A stretch of 60,672 bases of DNA, the filler included, from Platydemus manokwari (taxonomy: Eukaryota), in assembly GCA_037951405.1 (NCBI GenBank). It is 6 parts of 6 records of this genome, joined end to end, with 100 filler letters (N's around TTAATTAATTAA, not from the genome) between each part and the next. Parts side by side here need not be neighbours in the genome. Positions count along the whole stretch, not along the records: positions 1 to 8,996 come from JBBMOY011317205.1; positions 9,097 to 18,353 come from JBBMOY011276761.1; 4 more parts are not named here. One strand, 5' to 3'. The position numbers and the translations under genes are program-made. Below, piece by piece: positions 1 through 11,559 of this stretch (position 1 is the first letter of the stretch; every line of letters starts with the position of its first letter). A model generated the notes under the pieces. That model worked only from the letters and a program-made list of their open reading frames with translations, had not been told where the DNA came from and ran no database searches.

Positions 1-250
1 TTATAAAAATTTAAATTAAAAAACTCAAATAATCATATAGAAGTGTTGTGATTAGAATGGGAACTTGGTTTTAAAACCATGTTTTATCTCTGTTTGACAT
101 CTTAAAAAGTGAGATATTAACTGAATCATACGAATAAATCAAACATAGCAGTTATATATAAAGTTAAGTTATGAAATCATCTCACGCGCGAAAATCCATT
201 ATTACGAAAATAGGTCAAAGAACCCCTTTTCTTAACTTAAGCCAAATATT
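1..250 (+). repeat. Interspersed repeat family A, copy 1
   Basis: Aligns by eye over ~250 nt with the reverse complement of 21840-22090 (shared CATATAGAAGTGTTGTGATTAGAA and AATCAAACATAGCAGTTATATATAAA). Confidence 0.85.
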
Positions 251-333
251 TTTATCAAAACATTAAATTGAATAATTTTATTAATATGTTATGCGATTGG
301 ATTTTTCTAATGTTTTAATTGTTATCATTTCAG

Positions 334-3300
334 GTGTGACGCTTTGGGAAATATTCACGTTCGGCAAAGTACCATATGAAGATCAAGCAACTCATGATAT
401 ATTTGATTTTGTCCTCAAAGGAGGTCGACTTTCACAGCCCGATATTTGCTCATTGGATGTATATATTATGATGATAAATTGTTTGTGATTTGATCTGATC
501 GTGATATCGATTGTTAAGAAAACATTTCTGATTCAGGTTGGCTGGAAAGTCCAAATCTTCGACCAGATTTTCTGAGTTTAATGAAGAGTTTTATGGATTA
601 TTGCAAAAATCCTGGAAGATATTTGAGTATTCAGGTTATATTTTTGTATTGACTTTTTTTTACTATGAGGAATTTAATCAACTTGTTGTCGATGATTTTT
701 TGTGTTGTGAATTTATTAAGATAAACATTGTTATTATTGGAGCGATTTTTCTGTCAAACAAAATCGTTATTGATGTGATATTGATATGTGATGTAATCAA
801 TTGATTCTCTCATTCATCTCCAATTCTCATTGGTCGCCACCATTGTGCTGTCGTTGAGTAAATTGAGATTTTCTTTATTTTTATCTGACATCTTTCTCGT
901 ATTGTGTTTATTGTGTATCGTTTTTGTAATAATTGTCATGAAATGAATCCGCTAGATTCAGTATTCAGCTAATTCTATAAGCTTACAATTCATCTCCGTT
1001 TCACTTTACTGTTTGTGATTTGGACGTTTTATTTTGGCTTTATTTTCCGTTAGCCAGGCTTAAGTCTTCCAAAATCAAACAAGTGCTTGGCATAAAAGTC
1101 GGTTTTGAATAATCTGGTTTATGTGCCCAATTTGAGCGGCAAATTAAGATGAATTTTCCTTGAACGAGAACATTGTGTATTCAGTATTTATCGATTTATT
1201 ATTTCTTTTCTAATTTACTATTTTATTAGATGTTATGATATTTGCTGGTTTTCTGATCGTCTTTTCGATTGGACGTCTCTTATTGAGAAGTTGAATGTTT
1301 TCGAATGGTGAAAATATTTTTCGGTTTAGATTTTCAATATCGATTTGTTGATAATTCTGTGGTATTGAAAATCATTAGAAGGGAAACTGGAATTTACTAT
1401 ATAGGAACATAGACTGGAAAATCATTTTATATTTGTCTTGTATTATAAAAAATATTAAAAAAAATATATTATTATTAAAAATGTATAATTAAAAATATTA
1501 ATTGATGAAAGAAATAAATTTGTTAAAAAAAATAATAAAATGCGATCAACGTTTGAAAAATATCATTGGCAATTCGATTCATTTGTTTTATAGTATCGAT
1601 ATCGATATTTATAAACATCATTATGAGGTATGTTTAAAAATACGATGAATTATTAAAATTTACATTAAGATTAAAATTATTAAAAATTAAAAATATTAAA
1701 CAAAAGAAAATATCGAAAATTAAAAATATTGAAAAAATTAAAATATTAAAAATTAAAAATATTAAAAAAATTAAAATATTAAAAATTAAAAATATGTAGA
1801 AAAATTTAAATATTAAAAATTAAAAATATGTAGAAAAATTTAAATATTAAGAATTAAAAATATTTAAAAAATAAGATGAATAATTAAAATTTACAATAAG
1901 ATTAAAATTATAAAAATATTAAAAATATTTAAAAAAAAACTAAAAAATTAAAAATATAAAGAAAAAATTAAAATATTGAAAATTAAAAAATTTTAAGAAA
2001 GTTTATATATTTTTAAAATATTAAAGATTAGAAATATTTTAAAAATTAAAATATTGAAAATTAAAAATATTTTGAAAAATTAAAATATTAAAAATTAAAA
2101 TAGCAGGTTAATATTTATAAAACTCTCAGTTTTAAAATTATTAAAAATAAAATTTACATCTTTTAAATCAAAAATAAAGATTTAAAATTTAAAAATGTGG
2201 GCATTTTATTTAAAATTGAAAAATGAAGACAAATCAGATGGAAATAAATTTAAATTAAATATTTTAAAAAAATTTAAAAATGTTGTGTTGACGAATAGAT
2301 TTCCTGTTGTGTTGTAAACATGACCGTTGATTTGAATATCACAAGAATGAGGACATTTTGGCCAGCTGGATGACACTGGCAGTCATCTTTAATTATTTCT
2401 ATCATTATTCATTTATCATATTTTCACTTTTTCATTCAATATTATCGATTTCTTGTGAGAATTATATAAAATGAATATGATTTGTACCATGTCACGGACT
2501 ATGTGCCAGAAAATAAGGTTTTCAATGAGATCTTTTTGATTGAATTTTAGAGGTCTTTTACTCAAATATTTTCATTTGGAGATTAGAATAAATATTGTTT
2601 TATTGAAAGTGATAAAAATGGTATTGATTTTGATGTGTTTTTAATAATTATTTGATTTATTGATTGCAAACAATATGATATTTTAAGAAAAATTGATATC
2701 ACAATCCGGAGATATTTATTCTATTATTTCCACGAGAAATTAGTGTCTTTAACTGGCATATCACGTGATTATATCGACATTAAGAAAAAAAAACATGTTT
2801 TGACTGAATGTTATTACGTTCAACATATTAATGAGAAAATTTTATAATTTATTTAATAAATATTTAATTTCATTGGTACATATATATATGTGTGTGTGCG
2901 TGTGTGTGCGTGTGAGTGTGTGTAATTTATTATAATTATATCATTTTAAATCAGAAAATTATCATGAATGAAATTTATTTTTCCCTGTATCTGTATAGTA
3001 ATCGGTCCTTCTTGATCAGATAAGTCGTCATAGAAAACTTCACTATGTCGAAAATAAAGCCAATATTTTAATAAATCAATAACAATCTTCATGTTGTTTA
3101 TATTCGGTTTTTTGTCGAGAGGTTTTAGCGATAAAAATAGTTGTTCTGTCACAATACCAGACATGTGAGAGGTTCACTCGTTGAATTTCCCATTTGGTGT
3201 TGATCACGTTCTGAAATCGTCCAATGATAGAAATAAGGACTCAATGTATATGCCTAATCATCATTATATGTATATAAAGATAACTTATCAATTAATGATG

Positions 3301-6208
3301 TAAAGTTACAGCACATACCGATCATGACAATCGGAAAACGAAACAATTGACAGTGATTTCTGTAATTGCCTTTATCGATTATTTTAACAGAGCGATGCTG
3401 AATTATCAACACGAAAATTATGTTTTAGATACAATCGGGCGACGAATAATTAATCCATATTCGACATTGAATCTAGCAATTTTTCCCGAAAATATGCGGG
3501 TTTTTTTTAAACATGTTTGCATCCAATCATTTCGACAGATCTCCATGACAATTGGCAAAATTAATTTCATATTAATATCATAAATGATAAAGCCAGTCGA
3601 AAAAGATTTTGTTTATCTATCAAATCAACTTGTACGAATTCAATTATCGAGATGAAAATGATGAAAGCAACTGGGGTGAGTTGCGTTGAACGAGTTGGTT
3701 GTGAATCATATGAAAATATAGACGAGAAAAAAGATATTAAAAGATCAAAAAAGAGCTAAAAAAGCGAAACATTGAAAATATTATTAAAATAAACCTGGTA
3801 GAAATATGGTAAAGAAAAGCTAAAACAACAAACTGGAACAGGTATTGCGAAAGACAACTCGGAGATGATAATCAAATTAATGAAATATAGAATTCACATG
3901 GAAACGTTGATTTTTAGAGATATTTAATGCAATATTCTTTTATCCAGATAAAATAATTTTTCCCATTTATTGATTTTTTCAAATTTAATGGTGCAGATCA
4001 ATCGTGAAATGATTTGTAAAAATGAAAATAATCACAAATCGGATTAACTTATTTGATAATAAAATACGCAATCTATCGATTTAGTAATGTCTTTTTGGAT
4101 ATGTTTGTATGTTGTTGTCACTACTAAATATCTGATTGATGAACCATATATATGACAATGAAAACACACTGGATCTTTATTGTGAATTTTGTTTTAATCT
4201 TTATAAATCAATATGATCGATCGATAGAAGATTTGAGAAAATATGTTTCAAAATTTCCAATTAATGAGCCAAATAATGATCACTGTGACCATTATGGGGT
4301 TGGCTGATTGAATTGATGATAAAACCATTTGATGACCAATTATAATTATTGATTTATATATGTGTGTGTGTGTTCTTGTATATTTAAAATAAATGGAATT
4401 GGATTACAATTTTGCTCCGGGAACGAGCTGATTATGAAACATCAGTCGAAATGAAGTCCGTTGCATTTCTCCTATCAATTGCTACCGTTCCCATAGCAAA
4501 TAATTATTATTCGAAATTATTTGATTAATTATCAAATGAGTAGACCAAATTTTATCAAATTTTCCCGCTTGATATCCAACTGTTTCCATTGACAATCATT
4601 TCTTTAAGAGTCTGCGATAATTTTATATAATTTCTATTCAATATGATTTTTATATATTATAATTTTATAATTGGATAATATCGAATGTTACAAGAAAATT
4701 TACAAGTTAAATAAATTTAATTATCTTTTTTATGATTTTTGATTGCTTTTTTCCTTGGTTGTTCATTAAACGTCATGGAGAACATTCTGAAGAACTAAAA
4801 TTGAAATTTTAATTTTATCACAATAAATTAACTACTGTTAAAATTAAGTAGATAATATTTATGATTAAATTAATTTAAATTACTATTTTAGTTTTAAATT
4901 TGATATTAGTGGTATTTATAGTTATATTTTTTGTATTTAATAATTCCTTATAGTATTGAATTGGTACATACTTTGTGAATTTTGTTAACTATCGGTCTTA
5001 ATATTTATTCTCATTTTAGGGCGATCCATATGAAATTCCAACGCCTAATAATATAGAAATGACAAATCTAAATAATCCATACTATGGCGATCATTTTAAT
5101 TTCTCCCCGAACACTGCAGAAACAATGTTACCTTTGCTTCAAAGTGGTGATTCGGTCGATCATGAAGTGAAAGATTTCACTCAGGACAGTGAGAGAGACA
5201 ACTTAATGTCATCGATGTCCGATAAAGAACCACTTCCTACTCGATCCATCAATAGAACAAGTAATATTTTCAAACGATTTCAGGAAAATCGTAAGGATTT
5301 TTTACTCGAAATTAAGATCAATATTAAGATCGATTTTATCTTAGGCCAACCACACAATAACAATACTCGTAGCAATATTACTAACAATAATAATACTCCT
5401 CGATTAGTTTCATTAGCATCTCAAGAAGAACCCGTATTTAGAAATCAACCTCTCACCACTGATGAAGACCCTCGTTATGTGGCCGATCCTACGGACAAAT
5501 CTATAAAAATGAGACCGCAACCATTAAAGTCGGGTAATTTGCTGCGAGAAACGCCTCGTTTTCACAGCAATAGCAGCAGAGAAAACAGTACCCCGAATAA
5601 TCATTCATCTATTTCACAATCGCCCAGAATCACACCAGAAGCCGATGGTTATTTGGAGCCTATCAAATCAAATAATAGTGCAAATATCGATTCGGAGGGG
5701 TATTTAGAGCCCGTCAAGAGCCCAAACAAAGACTCACTATTCTCTGCAGGTTGAATTATTATTCGTCTTTTTATAGAAATTCCCAAATATAAATGAATAT
5801 GAAATTATTAATGTGTTAATAAAAAAACAATAGAAAAACAATTCCAACAATAGAAGGAGTATTGGTTATTCGACCTTTTTGTATTCTACACCAATCATAA
5901 TTTATTTCTCTGATAAATGATTCGAATTTCTCAAAACAATTCCCATATAATTTAATCTCACTTTATCTGATTTACCATTTTTTTAACTAGATGAATATCT
6001 GGTGCCTTCTCAACCCAATACTCCGAGAGAATCCATGATGAACAACAAGCCAGTGAAAATGTCGAACGCATTTAAACAATCGAAAAACTATATAACGATG
6101 GATGAAGATGACAAAAGCCCTGGAGACAATTATCTTTCGAATACAGCTGATGATGGATATTTAGAACCTGAACCGAGTCGTCGACTGATAAATTCTTCAA
6201 ATAAATGA
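334..6208 (+). CDS. egfr: EGFR/ErbB-family receptor tyrosine kinase, 3' part (kinase C-lobe and C-terminal tail). Exons 334-480, 537-634, 5020-5290, 5345-5749, 5991-6208; upstream exons lie outside the window.
   Basis: GT-AG splicing gives GVTLWEIFTFGKVPYE...GGRLSQPDICSLDVYIMMINC/WLESPNLRPDF...NPGRYLSIQ/GDPYE, matching EGFR GVTVWELMTFGSKPY...CTIDVYMIMVKCW...DPQRYLVIQGD. All phases are consistent. The tail contains RYVADPT and DEYLVP. The TGA stop overlaps AATAAA. The paralogue cannot be assigned. Confidence 0.92.
1655..2290. repeat. AT-only degenerate minisatellite (AAAATTAAAA(A)TATT-like units) in the EGFR intron
   Basis: Many imperfect copies of aaaattaaaaatatt; the block gatgaa..aaaatttaca.taagattaaaattat is duplicated at ~1644 and ~1875. 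Confidence 0.8.
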
Positions 6209-7066
6209 ATAAACTTTGTGTTTCTTGATTAGAGGATTGTGGAGTAAATTGTCTTCCAACCGAATAACCTCTAGTCAACAAGTGTTGGAATTATCTGTGA
6301 AAATGTGTGTATGTGCGTGTGTGTGTTTGTGTTTTATAATTGATTTCAATTACATATGCAAGAGTTTAATGCTGTCTTCTTTCATTGTGTATAAAATCGA
6401 AAAATCCATTTATCAAAAAATAACGTAATTATCTGCATGTGAATTCTCCAATTATATCGATACTTATCAAATGCATACATACCAATATACATACGTATAT
6501 GTATTATAGAATCGATATTATCCTCTCGAATATAATGTTTGACACAGCAAAATTTATCGCGTATCCGATTTAAGGATTCAACGAGAAAAATCGAACGGTT
6601 GAAATCTTAATACTAAAAGACTTATTCCCGAATGGAAAGCTTTACTTTTATTTGAAGATTTATTATTATAAAGGGTTCCACAAATATTATGTTTGACTTG
6701 TCGTATCTTTAGATTGGAAATTATGTTTCGCATTTGTTTTTTTTTCAAAAATTCTGTTTGTCTGTGTTGTGTTTGTAAATGATTTTTTTATACGGGAAAC
6801 CAATGATAACATTTATTTGTATCGATTTTGTTGATGGAATTTTTGATGATTTGAAATTGTGCAGTGACAAACAAAATCGATCATGCCAGCAGGATTTCAA
6901 ATAATAAATTCAATCGATTTTTATTTGTGTGAAAAATCAATATGAAACTGATTTCTTTTGAAAAAATGTTTTATTTTGTTTCTGCATCCAGTTTATCGAA
7001 AGTTGTACAATTTTATTTTTATAGAAATATAACTTTTATGAACTCTTTTTTGATTGTTGTTCGCGT

Positions 7067-8136
7067 TGTGAGATATTTTATATGAATTAAATTTTTAACT
7101 CAAATTTAATTCTAATTTTATATAAAATTAAACTTATTTGTTTAAATACTTGTATTGAAATAGATTTGTGGTGTCTTGACTTTTCAGTTCGTTTTTAATG
7201 TGTGGTTTTTAAAATAGTAGCGGCTGCCATGGCGACCACTCATCTGGATTCGATTCTGAAAAGATCAACGACTAAATATTATAGTAAAGAAGGAGGAAGA
7301 TACTGAGTCTATATTGAGAACATATAAAGAAGATATAAGGAAGATATAAAGCGGTTGTAGAAGAGATAAAAAGTGGATATAAAAGAAGATATTAAAAGAT
7401 AGAAGAATTAGAGTTTTCGTGTAATGAAATATTATTGGTTTTTCTTATATATATACATTTGGTTTTTGGATTGGATGTGTTTGGTTGCGCTTTATTCCTT
7501 ACTAATGTGCTCGTTGATTCCAATCGGACTCCAAACGATTGGTTACGTTCGATAGAAGTAGTTCATAATGTAAATAGTAGTGTAATAATAACTGAATAAC
7601 GATAACGCACTGAAATCATATATAATTATGAATCAAAATAATACAAAGAATTTATTACAATTAGTTAATGTGTTTGTTAACAAAGAACTGGCTTGCTCAA
7701 CCAGAGGGCAAGAATCACGATACGGGTGAATCGTACAATGAAATAAAATCTATTAAAAAGATGGGAGAAAAACGAAGAGTCAATTTTGTTGATACCGAAT
7801 CTATCGACATGGTATAGAAAGAATACTCAAATATTTCGGTCTTTACCTAACTGATCAACTGTTCGTCTGATATGTTGTTTATGATTCACTGTGGGTGGAT
7901 TCGGATCCAAACAATATGTAGAGTATTCGATGCAGAGACAATTGATAAAATCAAAGATTTTAAAGAAAGAGGGTGTGAGATATTTTAAATGAATTAATTT
8001 TTTAATTATAATTTAATTATAATTTTATTCAAAATCATATTTATATAAAATTAAATTTATTTGTTTAGATATTTGTATTTAAATAGATTTTTGGAGTCTA
8101 AGATTTCGAGATGAGAGAAAGAATTTTCGCTTTACG
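7067..8136 (+). mobile_element. Internally deleted LTR retrotransposon (Gypsy-like, TRIM-sized) with two short ~150-nt LTRs (family B)
   Basis: Direct repeats begin TGTGAGATATTTTA at 7067 and 7974. The second is immediately preceded by a polypurine tract AAAGAAAGAGGG (7962-7973). The first is followed by a PBS-like AAAATAGTAGCGG and ATGGCGACC..., a decayed E/K/I-rich gag-like frame. No TSD is discernible. Confidence 0.6.
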
Positions 8137-8609
8137 TGATAATTTAGAGAAGAGCGGTTGAATTTTTCCCTGCAACATTTTATAAATTCTTTACCCTAAA
8201 TAATTATCTATCGGATTTTTGTATTTTTCTTTTAATATTGGACAATTCTACAAGCATTCCCAGAATTACATTTTTAATTTTTCAAACGAAAATCACTGAA
8301 TTTTGAAAATAAATTTCATGAAATCAGTATTTTTATCTGATCTAAATTTTGACAGTTGAAATTCCCCCAATGAAATGCCAATAGTTTTCTGCAAATCTCT
8401 GGCATTTTATTGGATTAAATGCCATCATTAAAATCTTTAAATTAAATTTTTTAGACATTAAATTATTTAAAAAATTTTATTTCACTTTATACCTTTTGAA
8501 ATCAGTCATGGAGTTTTATTGATTTTTTAAAAACATTTTGCATTGATTTTCCATTCCTGCTATTTTTGAGTTTCGTTTATTACATTTTACTGCCATTAAC
8601 CTTGTAATT

Positions 8610-8732
8610 TGCTGCTATTTTATAAAACACGCTTCGAAAACTAACCGGAAAAACGCGACCATCCATACAACTTAATATAATTTTATATAAAATTTAATGT
8701 TTAAAAATTTATTTCAATTTAAAATTCTGACA
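8610..8732 (-). mobile_element. Family B LTR copy
   Basis: Reverse complement starts TGTCAGAATTTTAAA, contains TTTTATATAAAATT and ends TTTTATAAAATAGCAGC. Confidence 0.55.
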
Positions 8733-8828
8733 AACCAACTGATATATTATTAACAAAATTCCCCATACAATCGTTCTGACATGATCGATATTGAATGTAA
8801 ATATCAGAAGTAACGTGATCGAATAATC

Positions 8829-8996
8829 CAGGGGTCTCCAAACTTTTCAGCAAAGGGCCACATTGCTGATTTTTTAAAATTTGGAGGGCCAAACTGTTGC
8901 ATTTCAGCTAAATTCTATCAAATTGTGGTTCAAAATGAGTAGTTGAAATCATTAATAAGTCATTTGAATGTTCATCAGACAACCGTGACCTGTAGC
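8829..8996 (+). mobile_element. Left end of a hAT (Charlie/Buster-like) non-autonomous element, truncated by the contig end
   Basis: Starts CAGGGGTCTCCAAACTTTT...AAGGGCCACA, typical of hAT-Charlie termini. Confidence 0.6.
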
Positions 8997-9096
8997 NNNN
9001 NNNNNNNNNNNNNNNNNNNNNNNNNNNNNNNNNNNNNNNNTTAATTAATTAANNNNNNNNNNNNNNNNNNNNNNNNNNNNNNNNNNNNNNNNNNNN
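8997..9096. other. Artificial contig spacer 44N-TTAATTAATTAA-44N
   Basis: Identical 100-nt structure at five places; the 12-mer has stops in all six frames. Confidence 0.97.
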
Positions 9097-10783
9097 CTTT
9101 AAGCTTTGGTTTTCTATTTATCTATAATAATAATTATTATGATTATGTTTATGATTATTATTATTATTATTATTAATCTATTACATATGAGAATTTAATT
9201 ATAACCATGTTAATCTTTTAGATAATCAATATTACAATCTATGATAATAAAGCGAAAATATTTGTCATTTTATTTGTTACTTATAATTGAGAGTGAACAA
9301 AAGTCAAATTAAAAAATTAAATTTTTTCATAAATTATCGTTGCTTTGAAGAATTTTCGATTTTTGCAAAACAGAAAATTTTGATTTTCTTATTTGTTCAA
9401 TGCCTTGATTAAAATGCATTTGCAAATTGATGTTGTATCGATTTCAATTAAGGATACTGAAATATGAAGTGCTGTCTAGCTAATTGGAGATAAATATTCA
9501 TAATACTGATAATTACGTTGCGTAATAATATTTATCAGGCCTCTTATCATTACTAGATTATCAGTCTGCATTGGCCAACAATCCGCGTAGCCATAAACAA
9601 TCATGTTTAGAATCAAAAGCACATTAATTTTATCCATTTTATATCAGACTCATTTGTAAGGCTTTGTAAAATCAGGTGTATTCTAAAATGTTGTCTCTAA
9701 TTTCGATTTGTTTTATTTTCTGAATTATATGGACAAATTTAAACAAATAGTACAACGTGTTCGAAACTAAGCTATCAATTTGTGTGGTTCTGTGATGTGA
9801 CTCAAGAATTAATTAAAAAAATAATCCGAAAACGAAAAGTTTTCCTTATCAGCAATCATCAATAATTATCTGAAATCTTTATAAGAGAACATATATGAAA
9901 TCAAAATAATGATATATAAGAATCTCCAGCAAAACAATGATTGGAAATGAAGTTCAGTCGAACTTAGTTAATATATGATCACAATCGAAAATGCATTCGT
10001 CATTCTCTTAAGATCACTGATAACTTATTATTACATCGCTAAAGATCCTATTAAAAATCATTTCAAAAGATGCAGTTAAATTTGATTGGATGAAATGTTA
10101 GAAAAGACATTACGTGGTTTAAAAACAGTCCACTTATAATTTGCAATCATATACTGACAATTATAGTCATAGTGTGACTGGTAAAAATAACAAAACCACT
10201 TTTAATAATCGATGAATGCCAGATGTAAACCCGAACAATGTCAGTAATCGGTTAAAAAAACATTTTACTTAAATGGAGTTCGTGTCATTTACCGAGCTCC
10301 TTTGTATTAAGCCAATCAAACGTGGATAATAACTGTTATCAAAAGATAAAAAATAAATTCAGAAAACTATCATAATAATCCAAATAAATAGGCGTAACTA
10401 CAGATATATAATGATTCTCTTTGTCGAGTTCATAAATCAGTTTTCATACTGGGATCATATCATGCACGAAATCTAAAATTTCATCGACAAAACTTTATAT
10501 TCAAATCATAAATTATTTCATTGATGGAAAACAGGATTTCAGTAATTATCAAATGGAAAGATCGGATGAAAATAGGTTATGTTTGAAAAAGAAATTGAAT
10601 GTCGGAGCGTTTTCAATGAAGCAACAACAAATCAGATTGTTAAGAATGGCAACATGTATGCTGGTGACTGCTATTTATTGCTTCCTAATCAGATTTAACG
10701 ATTTTATATTATAAAAGTACTCGTCAAAAATCGAATATTTTCAATAAATTAATATTTTAATTAATTCATGCCTTTATCTAGAG

Positions 10784-11138
10784 CAGTGGCTCTCAAATTC
10801 GGGGTCGAGACCCCACATGAGGTCGGCAAGCATTTTTAAAGGAATCGCAGAATTATGGTAGGCGTAAATTCGTGAAAATTGTGAAAAATCGTGTTTTATG
10901 ATGCTGATTAAACTCCTTCTGTTCACAATTACCTTGACTACTACAGTTAAGTATTTTATAGGTAATGTTATTATCTGATAATCTTATTATTATAAGTAAA
11001 TCAATGAAATATTGCAATTGGTTTTATTAAATATGGTGAGCTTTGACTCATTCTTTGTTATATTGATTTTCTTTGGGTTTGTCAAGATCTTAAAATTGGG
11101 GAAGTGGGTCACCACAGAAAAAAGGTTGAGAACCGCTG
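10784..11138. mobile_element. hAT (Charlie/Buster-type) MITE, 355 bp
   Basis: TIRs CAGTGGCTCTCAA and TTGAGAACCGCTG; perfect 8-bp TSD ATCTAGAG at 10776-10783 and 11139-11146 (NTCTAGAN target). Confidence 0.93.
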
Positions 11139-11559
11139 ATCTAGAGCCATAAACTTTTTCATCTTGTTAATCTCTTCAAGCTCGATTGTATTTTCTTAAA
11201 ACGATAATTAAATTAATGTATTCGAAAACAAATAAAAGGGCAGTGTATGTTGTAAAATAAATTACAAAATCATCTTCAAAATTTTTATTTTCTTTAAATT
11301 TGGCACAAACTTATTCTAGAATTCTTTGAACCTTGATAAAATAAGCATTTGTCAACTCCATATACCGTTTGTGCTTTACCATGTATTGATTGAGTCGCGA
11401 TTTATTACGTGAAATTATATATTTTTATCGATCACAATGTTAAATTCGAGATCAGCATAAAAAATTGAATTTCTATTACAGAAAAGCCCAGTAAATAAAA
11501 ATAATCGATAATAGTAGAGTAATAGAAACAATTAACTAAAAGAATTTCATAAAAATTGA

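Noticed and set aside
9041-9052. TTAATTAATTAA palindrome recurring at ~10-kb spacing (also 18398, 27762, 40067, 50588)
   Set aside because: Always centred in 44N+44N; it is a six-frame-stop linker used to concatenate contigs, not biology.
9600-10700. Possible integrase relic
   Set aside because: Only faint fragments; no ordered HHCC/DDE set can be supported.
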